Shown here: piece by piece, positions 40,776-49,300 of the stretch
Layout: each line of letters starts with the position of its first letter
Position numbering within the stretch: the first letter of the stretch is position 1
Assembly (NCBI GenBank): GCA_963815165.1
Contig: CAWFFL010000002.1
Location: forward strand, 289,023-353,022
Source of the DNA: Vulcanimicrobiota bacterium
GTDB taxonomy: Bacteria > Vulcanimicrobiota > Vulcanimicrobiia > Vulcanimicrobiales > Vulcanimicrobiaceae
Direction: 5' to 3'
Length of the DNA: 64,000 bases
Program-made: the position numbers and the translations under genes
Notes under the pieces: model-generated
Told to the model about the DNA's origin: nothing
Seen by the model: only the letters and a program-made list of their open reading frames with translations
The model's database searches: none

Positions 40776-41108
40776 GTGGGCCTAAACATGTACATCATTA
40801 CCTTTAAGGGTGGCTTCAACCAGGGTGCCTCGCGCGAGATTCAGCGCTACGTCAGACAGCTCGGCGGCTTCATCTTAATGGTTACGCCCAACGGACCCAT
40901 CGTCGCCGTCGACGACGGTCACGCGCCGGCGATCGGACGTCACCCGATGGTCGAGTTCGTCGGCGGCATTACGTTCAATCCGCGCGGCGTCGCGTCAAAG
41001 GAACTGCAGCGCATCTTCGTCGAAAACCTAAGCAAGCAACGGCCCATATCTGAGGACCGCGAGCAGAGCGGCTCTAATGAAGAAGTCCCGCCAAAGGAGA
41101 AGCCATGA
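40776..41108 (+). CDS. small hypothetical protein preceding the paralogue triplet
   Basis: 110 aa. GTG start with GGAGG 8 nt upstream. The stop overlaps the next start. Confidence 0.4.
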   Translation: MGLNMYIITFKGGFNQGASREIQRYVRQLGGFILMVTPNGPIVAVDDGHAPAIGRHPMVEFVGGITFNPRGVASKELQRIFVENLSKQRPISEDREQSGSNEEVPPKEKP

Positions 41109-41719
41109 GTGTAGGACAGGAACTTCTCGACGTCCCGTTCCCCGCAATGATCTCCAGCATGGCCATGGCGATCGCCAAAGGGCAGACCGCATTGGACATG
41201 AACTCGCTCAACACGTTAAAGATCTTGGCGCACACGGAGTTTGACTGGCTGCCGGAAGTCACGGAGACCTTGTATCCGAAGCCGATCACGATCAGGGGCG
41301 GCAATCAGCTCCAAGGCGCGAATCCGCAGGTCGGCACAACCGTAACCGGCGTAGCCGTCGACGTCGAAGTACCGAACTTCACGAAACTGACGCTCTTGCA
41401 AGCGGGCTTCAATCCGACTTTCTATCAATTCGTAAACTCGACGATCGAAGTCAAAATGTCGATCTCGAGCACGACCTCGTCGGAAAGCTCCTTGAGCGTC
41501 AGTGTCGGAGTAACGGCTTCGGCTAACTTCTGCTTCGGCTCCGCGACCGTTAGCTCGCACGTCAACTACAAGACGGCGAATAAGTATAGCTACTCGGTGA
41601 CGGGTTCGAGCACGCTTTCCACGACTCTGAACCCCGTACCGCCGCCGACACGGGTGCAACCGCGGTTCATTCTGGTCGACGCAACGAATCCCGCGCATGT
41701 AGTCATTTCCCAGTCGTAG
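41105..41719 (+). CDS. paralogue 1 of a three-member tandem family (unknown function)
   Basis: AAGGAGAAG Shine-Dalgarno. Shares with paralogue 2 the motifs F-x-x-MI-x-S-x-A-x-x-IA-x-GQ-x-ALD, LPEVTETL, LQAG-x-x-PTFYQF and P-x-PPPTR-x-QP. Confidence 0.55.
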   Translation: MSVGQELLDVPFPAMISSMAMAIAKGQTALDMNSLNTLKILAHTEFDWLPEVTETLYPKPITIRGGNQLQGANPQVGTTVTGVAVDVEVPNFTKLTLLQAGFNPTFYQFVNSTIEVKMSISSTTSSESSLSVSVGVTASANFCFGSATVSSHVNYKTANKYSYSVTGSSTLSTTLNPVPPPTRVQPRFILVDATNPAHVVISQS

Positions 41720-41725
41720 GCCGGC

Positions 41726-42295
41726 GTGGACATCGGAAGCGAGCTTCAGGAGGTCGATTTTGGCGATCTGATCCGAAGTGTCGCCCAAGGCATCGCCGAC
41801 GGCCAACGCGCCCTCGATCTCACCTCCGTCAATACGCTTCAGATACTGGCGAACACGCCGGTTAGCCTCATTCCCGAGGTTACCGAGACGCTCACGCCTG
41901 CGCCATTCCAGGTGAACGTTCCGGATCAGCCGCCGGTTTGGGTTACGGGCGTGCGGGTTTCCGGCAATGCCTCGGAACCGGTTCCGATGAGCGCGCTGCA
42001 AGCCGGGCTGATTCCAACGTTTTATCAATTCACCGAAGCCACGATCAACATGCGCCTCTCCATTCAACTGCGCGAGACGACGGAAACGGATAGCGACGGA
42101 TCATCGCAAAGGTCGGTTTCAATGTTCGCCTCGCACGTCAACTTTCGTTCCAAGAACACCTATTCGTTCAGTCTCAACGCCGCCTCGACCGTGAACGTAA
42201 CCATCAAACCGATCCCGCCGCCCACCCGGCTTCAACCTTCGGTTATCACCGTAAACGCGCTGGGTGCAACTCCAACCGTCGCCTTCAATCCATGA
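41726..42295 (+). CDS. paralogue 2 of the tandem family
   Basis: MDIGSELQEVDFGDLIRSVAQGIADGQRALDLTSVNTLQILANT..IPEVTETL..LQAGLIPTFYQF..IKPIPPPTRLQP aligns colinearly with paralogue 1. Confidence 0.55.
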   Translation: MDIGSELQEVDFGDLIRSVAQGIADGQRALDLTSVNTLQILANTPVSLIPEVTETLTPAPFQVNVPDQPPVWVTGVRVSGNASEPVPMSALQAGLIPTFYQFTEATINMRLSIQLRETTETDSDGSSQRSVSMFASHVNFRSKNTYSFSLNAASTVNVTIKPIPPPTRLQPSVITVNALGATPTVAFNP

Positions 42296-43017
42296 CCGCT
42301 CCCGCGAACGATCCGATCGCCGAAGCGGTAGAGACTTTTTCTGCGCCGCTAGAGGACCTTATCGTTGCGCTCGGGCAAGGCCTCGCGCAAGCACAGCAGT
42401 CTTTGGATCAAAACTCGATTCGTTCGCAAGAAGCGATCGACGCGGATCCCGTCCTTTCGCAATACGGCCTGCAGGCGACGTGGTACCAGTTCCCTCAAGT
42501 CACGCTGCAGCTGAAGATGTCGCTCAGCGTCGCTCAACAGCAAGGGCCGGGGCAAACTGCTCCGCCCAGCTCGAGCAGCTCGACGACGAACTCCACGTCG
42601 AGCGCGTTGCCGACGAGATTTCCCGTGCGACTCATCGCTCAACCGCTTAGCGCATCTTTTCAAACCAACTTCAACTACGACGCCGACGCGGCGAGCGAAA
42701 TCAACGTCGTCATCGCACCGGTACCCCCACCGAAGCCGAACAACGCCGTATCGTCTCCACCGAGCATGACGCCCGCGCAGGTCCAGGCTGCGGCGCTCGC
42801 CAGCTCCGCGAAGTTCGTTACGACCACCGCAAGCGGTGTGACGTCACCGGCGGGAAGCGATGCGCAGGGAGACACGTTGCGGTTCGTCGTGAACTACAAC
42901 GCCGCCGCCGCGACATGGTACGTGTTGCAGTACGCGCCGGCGAACAGCGCCGTCGCCCCCATCGTCGTCGCAGTAGACGATGCCACCGGGGCGGTTCGAA
43001 TAATTAGCGGCTCGTAA
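42292..43017 (+). CDS. paralogue 3 (divergent) of the tandem family
   Basis: ATGA overlap with paralogue 2. LEDLIVALGQGLAQAQQSLDQNSI, GLQATWYQFPQVTLQLKMSLS and VIAPVPPPK keep the family motifs. It contains an inserted Ser/Thr-rich loop and a longer C-terminus. Confidence 0.5.
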   Translation: MTAPANDPIAEAVETFSAPLEDLIVALGQGLAQAQQSLDQNSIRSQEAIDADPVLSQYGLQATWYQFPQVTLQLKMSLSVAQQQGPGQTAPPSSSSSTTNSTSSALPTRFPVRLIAQPLSASFQTNFNYDADAASEINVVIAPVPPPKPNNAVSSPPSMTPAQVQAAALASSAKFVTTTASGVTSPAGSDAQGDTLRFVVNYNAAAATWYVLQYAPANSAVAPIVVAVDDATGAVRIISGS

Positions 43018-43121
43018 AGGAGCGGCTACGCCCGCGCGTAAGCACGAAACGGGCGGGTGACTCCCCAATAGGGAGAGGCACTTGCCCACCTGATCAAATT
43101 CCGCTAACCGCTAAGCAACGC

Positions 43122-43553
43122 CTAAGCAACGCCGTCTGAGCCGCCTGAGCATCGCTTTGCGGCGGCGCTTACCGAGCTATCCACGGCGTACCAGAGGGCG
43201 GCAAAGATGGCCAGTTCGGCTGCAAAACTCCCAACTTGGAATAAAATCGCCGTGAGGGCAACGGACGCGGTCAACGTGCAGCATCGCCGCAGAAAGTTTG
43301 GGCGATCGAAAATCCGCGCACTTAACTCACCCACCGTGAGGCTCCGGCCGACAACGGCGTCCAGGACGAGCCAAAATATAAAGAAGCCGGCGAACTCCAA
43401 CAAGAAACTCTCCGGAATCAGCCGTCGCGCAGCCAACTCTTCGTAAACGCTGGAAGCCGCCACGACGCTGATCCCCATCGTAATCACGTACAAGCCGGCC
43501 CGAGTAAGGGGGGAGGAGCGAATGTCCGACGTCATCGTGTTTCCTCCGGTCAA
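43122..43553 (-). CDS. small integral membrane protein (about 4 TM segments)
   Basis: 143 aa with hydrophobic stretches such as LYVITMGISVVAASSVY, FLLEFAGFFIFWLVLDAVV, CCTLTASVALTAILFQV and FAAELAIFAALWYAV. Confidence 0.5.
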   Translation of the reverse strand: MTGGNTMTSDIRSSPLTRAGLYVITMGISVVAASSVYEELAARRLIPESFLLEFAGFFIFWLVLDAVVGRSLTVGELSARIFDRPNFLRRCCTLTASVALTAILFQVGSFAAELAIFAALWYAVDSSVSAAAKRCSGGSDGVA

Positions 43554-43610
43554 AGCTACTGCATGTCTTCGTATCTCGTACGTTATTTGTGCCGCCTTTG
43601 CGATTCCTCT

Positions 43611-45341
43611 TCAGCCGGGAAGTGCCGGCGCAAGTTGCGCTTTTGTGGGAAGGGTCGCGGCGCGTCGGACGACGAGGCCCCACTTCGTCGGCGTGAAGTC
43701 ATCGCCGGCGGCGTTGACGACGAGCGGAGGTTCCGAGTCCCATCCTGCCGCGATCCAGCCGATACCCAGGCGCGAAAGCGTCTGCGCAGTCAGTTCGCTC
43801 GAACGATCCATCGCCGACGTGCTGAAGCTTTCCCAGTACGTCGCGACGACGGGATACGACGAGGCGAGCGTCGTCAAACCCGCGGACTCTTCAGTTGGCA
43901 CTTGCTGTCCTTGCCCTATCCGAATCGTGTAGACGATATTAGGCGCCGGATCGCCGGTCGAGAACAGAATAGGAAGCGCGGAGACGTTGGGAGCTGCGGT
44001 TCCATTTCCGACGAAGAGCAGAGCGGACGGATCGACCGTACGAATCCACCCGATGAGAATCTGCATCGCCTGTAACCAGTCACCGCTTGCAGGCATCGGC
44101 GTGGAGAGCACTTCGAATAATACACTGGCCGCGCGCAGATACCGTTGCGCAACGATTTGCCATGCAAAGAAAATGTCGGAGTCGATCGCCGAGCTCGTTA
44201 CGTCGGGCGTGGAAGGGGGTTGCATCGAGAGAAGCGCGTAGATGCCGCGTTTAGCGAGCCGTCCGATCAGATCGTCGAGCGATGCGAAGAAGCCTTGGGC
44301 ATCAGCCGACTCGGCCACCGAAACGATGGTCGCGGGCGCAATCGGCAGACGCACGACGTTGACGCGCCAGAGCTTTGCGATTGTCGCGATCGCCGTGTCA
44401 CTAAGCGCGTCGACGCCATTAACGGTCAGGCCTCGAAAACTCACGGCGAAGCCGTTTTCGTCTACGACGAAAGCCCCGTTAGTTTGCAATCGGGAGAGTT
44501 CCCCGACGCGCCCTGGTTTTGTTGCGCGCCGTGCGGCGGTTATTCCTGAAGGCGGTGCGGCACCAGTCTGGGGTGCCTTTGCAGACGCGGCGGGCGCCGC
44601 CGGTTTGCTCGGCGTGCGCGAGGCCTTCGGCGCCGCCGGCGCCTCTGGTACGATACGCGGCGATCGCGCTCTCTGGGCCGGCGCTTCTTTTTTGCGCGGA
44701 CTGGGTTTCGGTTTCGTGGGGTCGGGAGATGCACGTCGCCTCTGCGAGCGCACTGCTGCTCGACGCTCGACCAATGCCGCCTCGCGAAGCCGCACGATTC
44801 GCGCTTCGGCGTCCAGGCGCGTCGAGAGCTCCTCTGCCGGCCGCCGCGCGCGAACCTGTTGTTCGGGCGCATCGACTCTGGGAACGGCCTCGCTGGTGTC
44901 GGGCTTTTCGGGAAGGCTCGGCGGCTCAACGTGCGCAAGGCGACGCTGCAATCGTTCTGCCGCTCGACGCTGCGCCAATGTTGCCTCGCGAAGCCGCTCG
45001 ATCCGCGCTTCGGCGTGCTGACGGGCCGACCGCTCTTCATCCCAAACGGACGACGACGCTTCGCCGCGTGGCTCATCGGGGCTGCTAGGCGGATCGACGC
45101 GCGTAAGGCGCCGCTCTAATCGTTGGGCCGCGCGACGCTCGGCATCGGTAGCTGCGCGCGTCTCTGCTAGTAGTGCATCTGACCTACGTTGCGCGTCTAG
45201 CTCTTCGGCCTGACGGGCCCGCATCTGCTCCGAGCGCAGCGCGAGTCGCACGTTCGCTTGTCGTTGGGCTTCACACTCCTCCTCTTGGCGACGCGCGAGC
45301 AGAGCCTTTACTCGATCGCGAAGCGGCTGCTCGCCGATCAC
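43611..45341 (-). CDS. coiled-coil repeat protein with a C-terminal GH5-like (beta/alpha)8 domain lacking the NEP acid/base motif
   Basis: The N-terminus has three repeats of the RRAA-x-RL-x-RRL-x-x-V-x-PPS-x-P type. The C-terminus follows the GH5 order: FRGLTVNG, VNVVRLPI, GIYALLSM, VLFEVLSTP (where NEP is expected), VYTIRIG and VVATYWESF. The start overlaps the upstream stop as GTGA. Confidence 0.45.
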   Translation of the reverse strand: MIGEQPLRDRVKALLARRQEEECEAQRQANVRLALRSEQMRARQAEELDAQRRSDALLAETRAATDAERRAAQRLERRLTRVDPPSSPDEPRGEASSSVWDEERSARQHAEARIERLREATLAQRRAAERLQRRLAHVEPPSLPEKPDTSEAVPRVDAPEQQVRARRPAEELSTRLDAEARIVRLREAALVERRAAVRSQRRRASPDPTKPKPSPRKKEAPAQRARSPRIVPEAPAAPKASRTPSKPAAPAASAKAPQTGAAPPSGITAARRATKPGRVGELSRLQTNGAFVVDENGFAVSFRGLTVNGVDALSDTAIATIAKLWRVNVVRLPIAPATIVSVAESADAQGFFASLDDLIGRLAKRGIYALLSMQPPSTPDVTSSAIDSDIFFAWQIVAQRYLRAASVLFEVLSTPMPASGDWLQAMQILIGWIRTVDPSALLFVGNGTAAPNVSALPILFSTGDPAPNIVYTIRIGQGQQVPTEESAGLTTLASSYPVVATYWESFSTSAMDRSSELTAQTLSRLGIGWIAAGWDSEPPLVVNAAGDDFTPTKWGLVVRRAATLPTKAQLAPALPG

Positions 45342-46186
45342 GGAACGACCGCCTGCGCGAGCCTAGTCGTTGCATCGAGCGCTCCGGCCAATGCATAGAC
45401 GTCTCCGGCGGCGTGGTCGGAAGCTGCTGAAAGTGCCGCGGTCTGTGCCGATAGTACTTTCACCGCGGCTTCATAGGTTTGCGCGATGCCGTTGCCCATC
45501 GATTGGACCAAGGCGGCGGCGAGCGTCGTTTCGAACCCGGCAATCGCCGAGCTTTCTTGAATCAGATAAGGAAACGTCCACGACGATACCGCGGCGAGCG
45601 CGTTCGTGGCTTCGGTGACGACCTGAGCGGCGGACGGGTACGCTGCAAAGAATGAATTTGAAAAGACGGCTTGTTTGGCACTCATCACGCTGTAAAGGTT
45701 TGGCGGGGCGGAGCTGCCGGCAGCAGGCGAGACTTTTGCAAGCGCAAACGAGAGGGTCGCCGTTGCCGTCGGCGCGCCAAGCTCCGGCTGGTAGAGCCGC
45801 AACCCAACCGATGTCGAGCCGTCGGGCGAAGAGCCCAAGGTCAAATAGGTTTGCAGCGTAGCACTCAATTCGGAGATCGTTCGATCGGGCATCGTCGCCT
45901 CGCTGACAGCCGCCGCGAGCCCCAGAGCGCGGACGAACGCATCGAGCGTTACGTCGGGGCTCACCTGTTGCGCCTGCTCAGTAGCGAGCTGCGCGTTGGC
46001 TTGGAGTTGCGCAACCGCATAACGTGATATCTGAAGGTTTTGAGCGGCCATGGACGGGACGATCGCGTTCAAACTCGTGACCGTCGCCTGCAGCGTCGCA
46101 ACCGTCGCTTCGGCGCTCTGCGCCCGCAAGGAGAGAGCCGCGTAGGCGGACCGAGCTTCATCGAGGTTAGCGGCGAATAGTTCCAT
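45338..46186 (-). CDS. Ala-rich helical hypothetical protein
   Basis: 282-aa ORF, first gene of the minus-strand trio 46186->43122. It is translationally coupled to the next gene. Confidence 0.45.
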   Translation of the reverse strand: MELFAANLDEARSAYAALSLRAQSAEATVATLQATVTSLNAIVPSMAAQNLQISRYAVAQLQANAQLATEQAQQVSPDVTLDAFVRALGLAAAVSEATMPDRTISELSATLQTYLTLGSSPDGSTSVGLRLYQPELGAPTATATLSFALAKVSPAAGSSAPPNLYSVMSAKQAVFSNSFFAAYPSAAQVVTEATNALAAVSSWTFPYLIQESSAIAGFETTLAAALVQSMGNGIAQTYEAAVKVLSAQTAALSAASDHAAGDVYALAGALDATTRLAQAVVP

Positions 46187-46352
46187 ACTCTCCGGTCTTA
46201 GTTACGCGAAAAGAGCCCTCGCGGCCAAAAAGGCTTAAACGGCATTCAAGAGTGTGCCTGCCGGCGAGAAGGATGCCAGGGTACCGCCTCGCCGATTAGC
46301 GAAAAGGCACACCCCCGTTCACCGGCCTGGTCAGGCCGACTTTTAGGAGGAT

Positions 46353-49300
46353 ATGCCCGTGGCCGAAGAGTTCAGCCACCTCGTAACCGGTGACGTCGTG
46401 TTCCGGTTATTTCCCACGATCGCTTCGCTCGCTCCGACGAGTGCCACCGCGGGAGATCCGGCGTTCACGCTGACGGTGAACGGAAGCGGTTTCACCGCCG
46501 GCTGCACGGTTCAGTGGAACGGGTCGCCGCGGACGACGACGTTCGTTACATCCACGCAAGTAACGGCGGCGATCACCGCTGCGGATATTCAAAACCAGGG
46601 AACGGCCACGGTCACGGTCGTCAACGCCACGCCGGCCGGGACGTCCGCCGGCGTCAGCTTTGCCGTCATTCCCAGCATCGCTAACATCCTCAGTGTGCTC
46701 GGCAGCATTGCAACGATGACGGCGGATCAATTCGCGGCGCAGCAGAGCGCGCTCGACAACGCCGTGACCAACTTGCAGAGTTACTTGACGAACCAATCCG
46801 CCAGCATTAACAACCTCAACGCACAGCTAAGTGCCGCAAATAACCAAGTAGCAAGCCTTAGCTCGCAAAATGCCTCGCTCAACCAGCAGGTCCAGCAGCA
46901 AGGCACGCAGATCACGCAGCTGCAATCGCAGATCGCCGTCGCCGGCAATCAAACGGCGTCGCCTTTGGAGATCGCGCAATCGCTAAAGGGCGTCGTCGAC
47001 CAAATCCAGCAAACGGCTGCGAACACTGCCGGCATGCAAACCACACTCACCAATCTCAACGTTCAAATGAAGACGCTCGTGAATGTGGCGCGCGACTCGC
47101 AGACTGGAGAAGCGACCGCGCAGCTGGTTTTTCCAGACCCCAAAGCGCTGCCCGACCCCGCATCGTTATCTACGGTTTCTCTTTCGTTTGGCGCGATACC
47201 GAACATCCATGCCGCGGTCTCGAGCGGAGCGGGATCGCCAAGCGGTTCGCAGGCAGCAAATACACCGGCTCCCGCGCAACGCAGCGCACCGGGCATACCG
47301 ACTCCGCAGATGGCACCGGCGCCTCCGCGCGGCGGCCCTCCTCCGGAGGAACGCGAACCATTCGACGATCCCTCGGGGCGTCGCCATTGGTTCCGCCGTA
47401 GTCGCGTAATGCGCAACGGTTTGCTTCCCGCCGGGCTAATCGGACGTGAGTCCGTCAAGAAAAGAAAGCTAGAGCACGAGCTTCGCCGGCAACGGCGCAT
47501 GGAAAGGGAGGCGATTGAGAAGCCGGCGGCGCCTCAGGCACCGCAGCCTGCAGCGGCGCAAGCGTTTCGGCCTCAACCGGCTCCCGCGGCGGCTTTTCCA
47601 CCCGCACCACCGGGGGGATCAGGCACCACGAACTGGTCGTTGCTCGGTCCCGACCGCGTCGCCGGCGGCGCCGGCGGCGCGCAGCTCGTCGTCGTCAGCG
47701 GTCGAATCACTTCGCTTGCCGTTGGTCCCGGCGGATCCCGAATTTACGCCGGCGCGGCAAATGGCGGACTCTGGTATTCGGGTGACGGCGGCGCTACCTG
47801 GACGCCGTTAGATCAATATGCCACCATGTCGCCGACGGAAACGACGACCCTCGAAGCCGACTCGCTGAGCGTCGGCGCGATTGCCGTGCAGTTTGGAGCG
47901 GCAGCGTCGAGCAGCTCCGACTCGAGCTCGAGTTCGTCGGATTCAAGTTCGGCGGCAACTGGTGGGGTGGGGGCTTTCGCCGACACCATCTACGTCGGCA
48001 CGGGCGAGGCAAACGGTAACCTCGATGCATACTACGGGATCGGCATCAAACGTTCCACCGACGGCGGCCTGACGTTTTCGGTAGAGGCTACGAATCTCGC
48101 TACGAGTGAAGTCTACCGCATCGTCGTGGATCCGGTAGATCCCACCATCGTATTTGCCGCAACGACGAGCGGAATCTATCGCCGGCCGGCAGGCCCCGAT
48201 TTCAGTTCGTGGACCAAGGTCGCGGATCCAGACAGCAGCATCCCGGGGAGCTCGATCGTAGACCTGGTCGTCGCCGGGTCGGGCGCAACGCGAACGTACT
48301 ATGCGGCAACCGTCAATCAGGTCTTTACGAGCAGCGATATCGTTACGAAACCCGATGGCAGCGCGACATGGACTGCGGTCAGCGGCATCGCGAATCCCAG
48401 CTCGGATCCCGTCAATAATGCGCTGCGAAAGTCGCTAGCGGTCGGCGAGAGCGACACGTCGGTCGTATACTGCTTGGTGCAGGGTCAGGCGGGACCAAAC
48501 CAGGCCGATTTCACGCTCTTCCGTCTCGACAGCACGACGGGTGGCGCGTTCAAACCCGTTACGATTCCGTCGAGCGTTTCGCTCTTCAGCGGCTTCGGCT
48601 GGTACGACATCGTCGTTGCCGCCGATCCGGGCAATGCCAACACGGTGTACCTAATCGGGAGCTTGACGTGGGATAGCACCGGGTGGGCGCTGGCAATTTA
48701 TAAAGGAACGTTGGCTCCGGGCTCCGGCACATTTGCGTTCACCGGCGGCGGCCCGAACTGGATTGGGACGGGAGTTCATCCGGACGGCCACACACTGGCG
48801 TTCGCAACGAACGCGGACGGTACGCATGACGGAAGCAGCGTTTGGATCGGATGCGACGGCGGCGTCTTCCAGTCGGGCTCGAGCGGCGCCGCTGGAAGCT
48901 TTTCGGCCAAGAATGCCGGCCTGAGCATCACACAAATCACTTATTTCTCGGTGCGAGCCGATTCGGCGGACGAGCTCTATGCGGGTTGTCAAGACAACGG
49001 TACGCTTCACTACGTCGCATCAAATACACCGCCCTGGAGTCAGTCGGGAGGCGGAGATGGCGGCGGCGTTGCGATCAATCCCGACAATTCCGCCCAGGTA
49101 ATCCGGCAGTACATTCACGGATCGCTCGAGGTGACTGCCGACGGCACAACCTGGGGCGGCGCCGGATTCCCGCTTACGAACGTCGATTGGTCGACGATGA
49201 CGCCGCAGCAACTCAACGCGTATCCGGAATACAATGCCGCTCCGTTCTATGGGCCGCTGCGCGCGCAACTCTCCGGCTCGAAGTCACTCGTCATCTTTGG

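Noticed and set aside
43030-43060. Rho-independent terminator after the paralogue triplet (CGCCCG ... CGGGCG)
   Set aside because: The stem is only 6 bp with a ~15-nt loop and no T-tract. That is too weak to call.
43096-43130. Short tandem duplication ctaagcaacgc x2
   Set aside because: It is only two 11-bp copies at the 3' end of a membrane-protein gene, with no evident function. It is likely a chance match or a minor slippage event.
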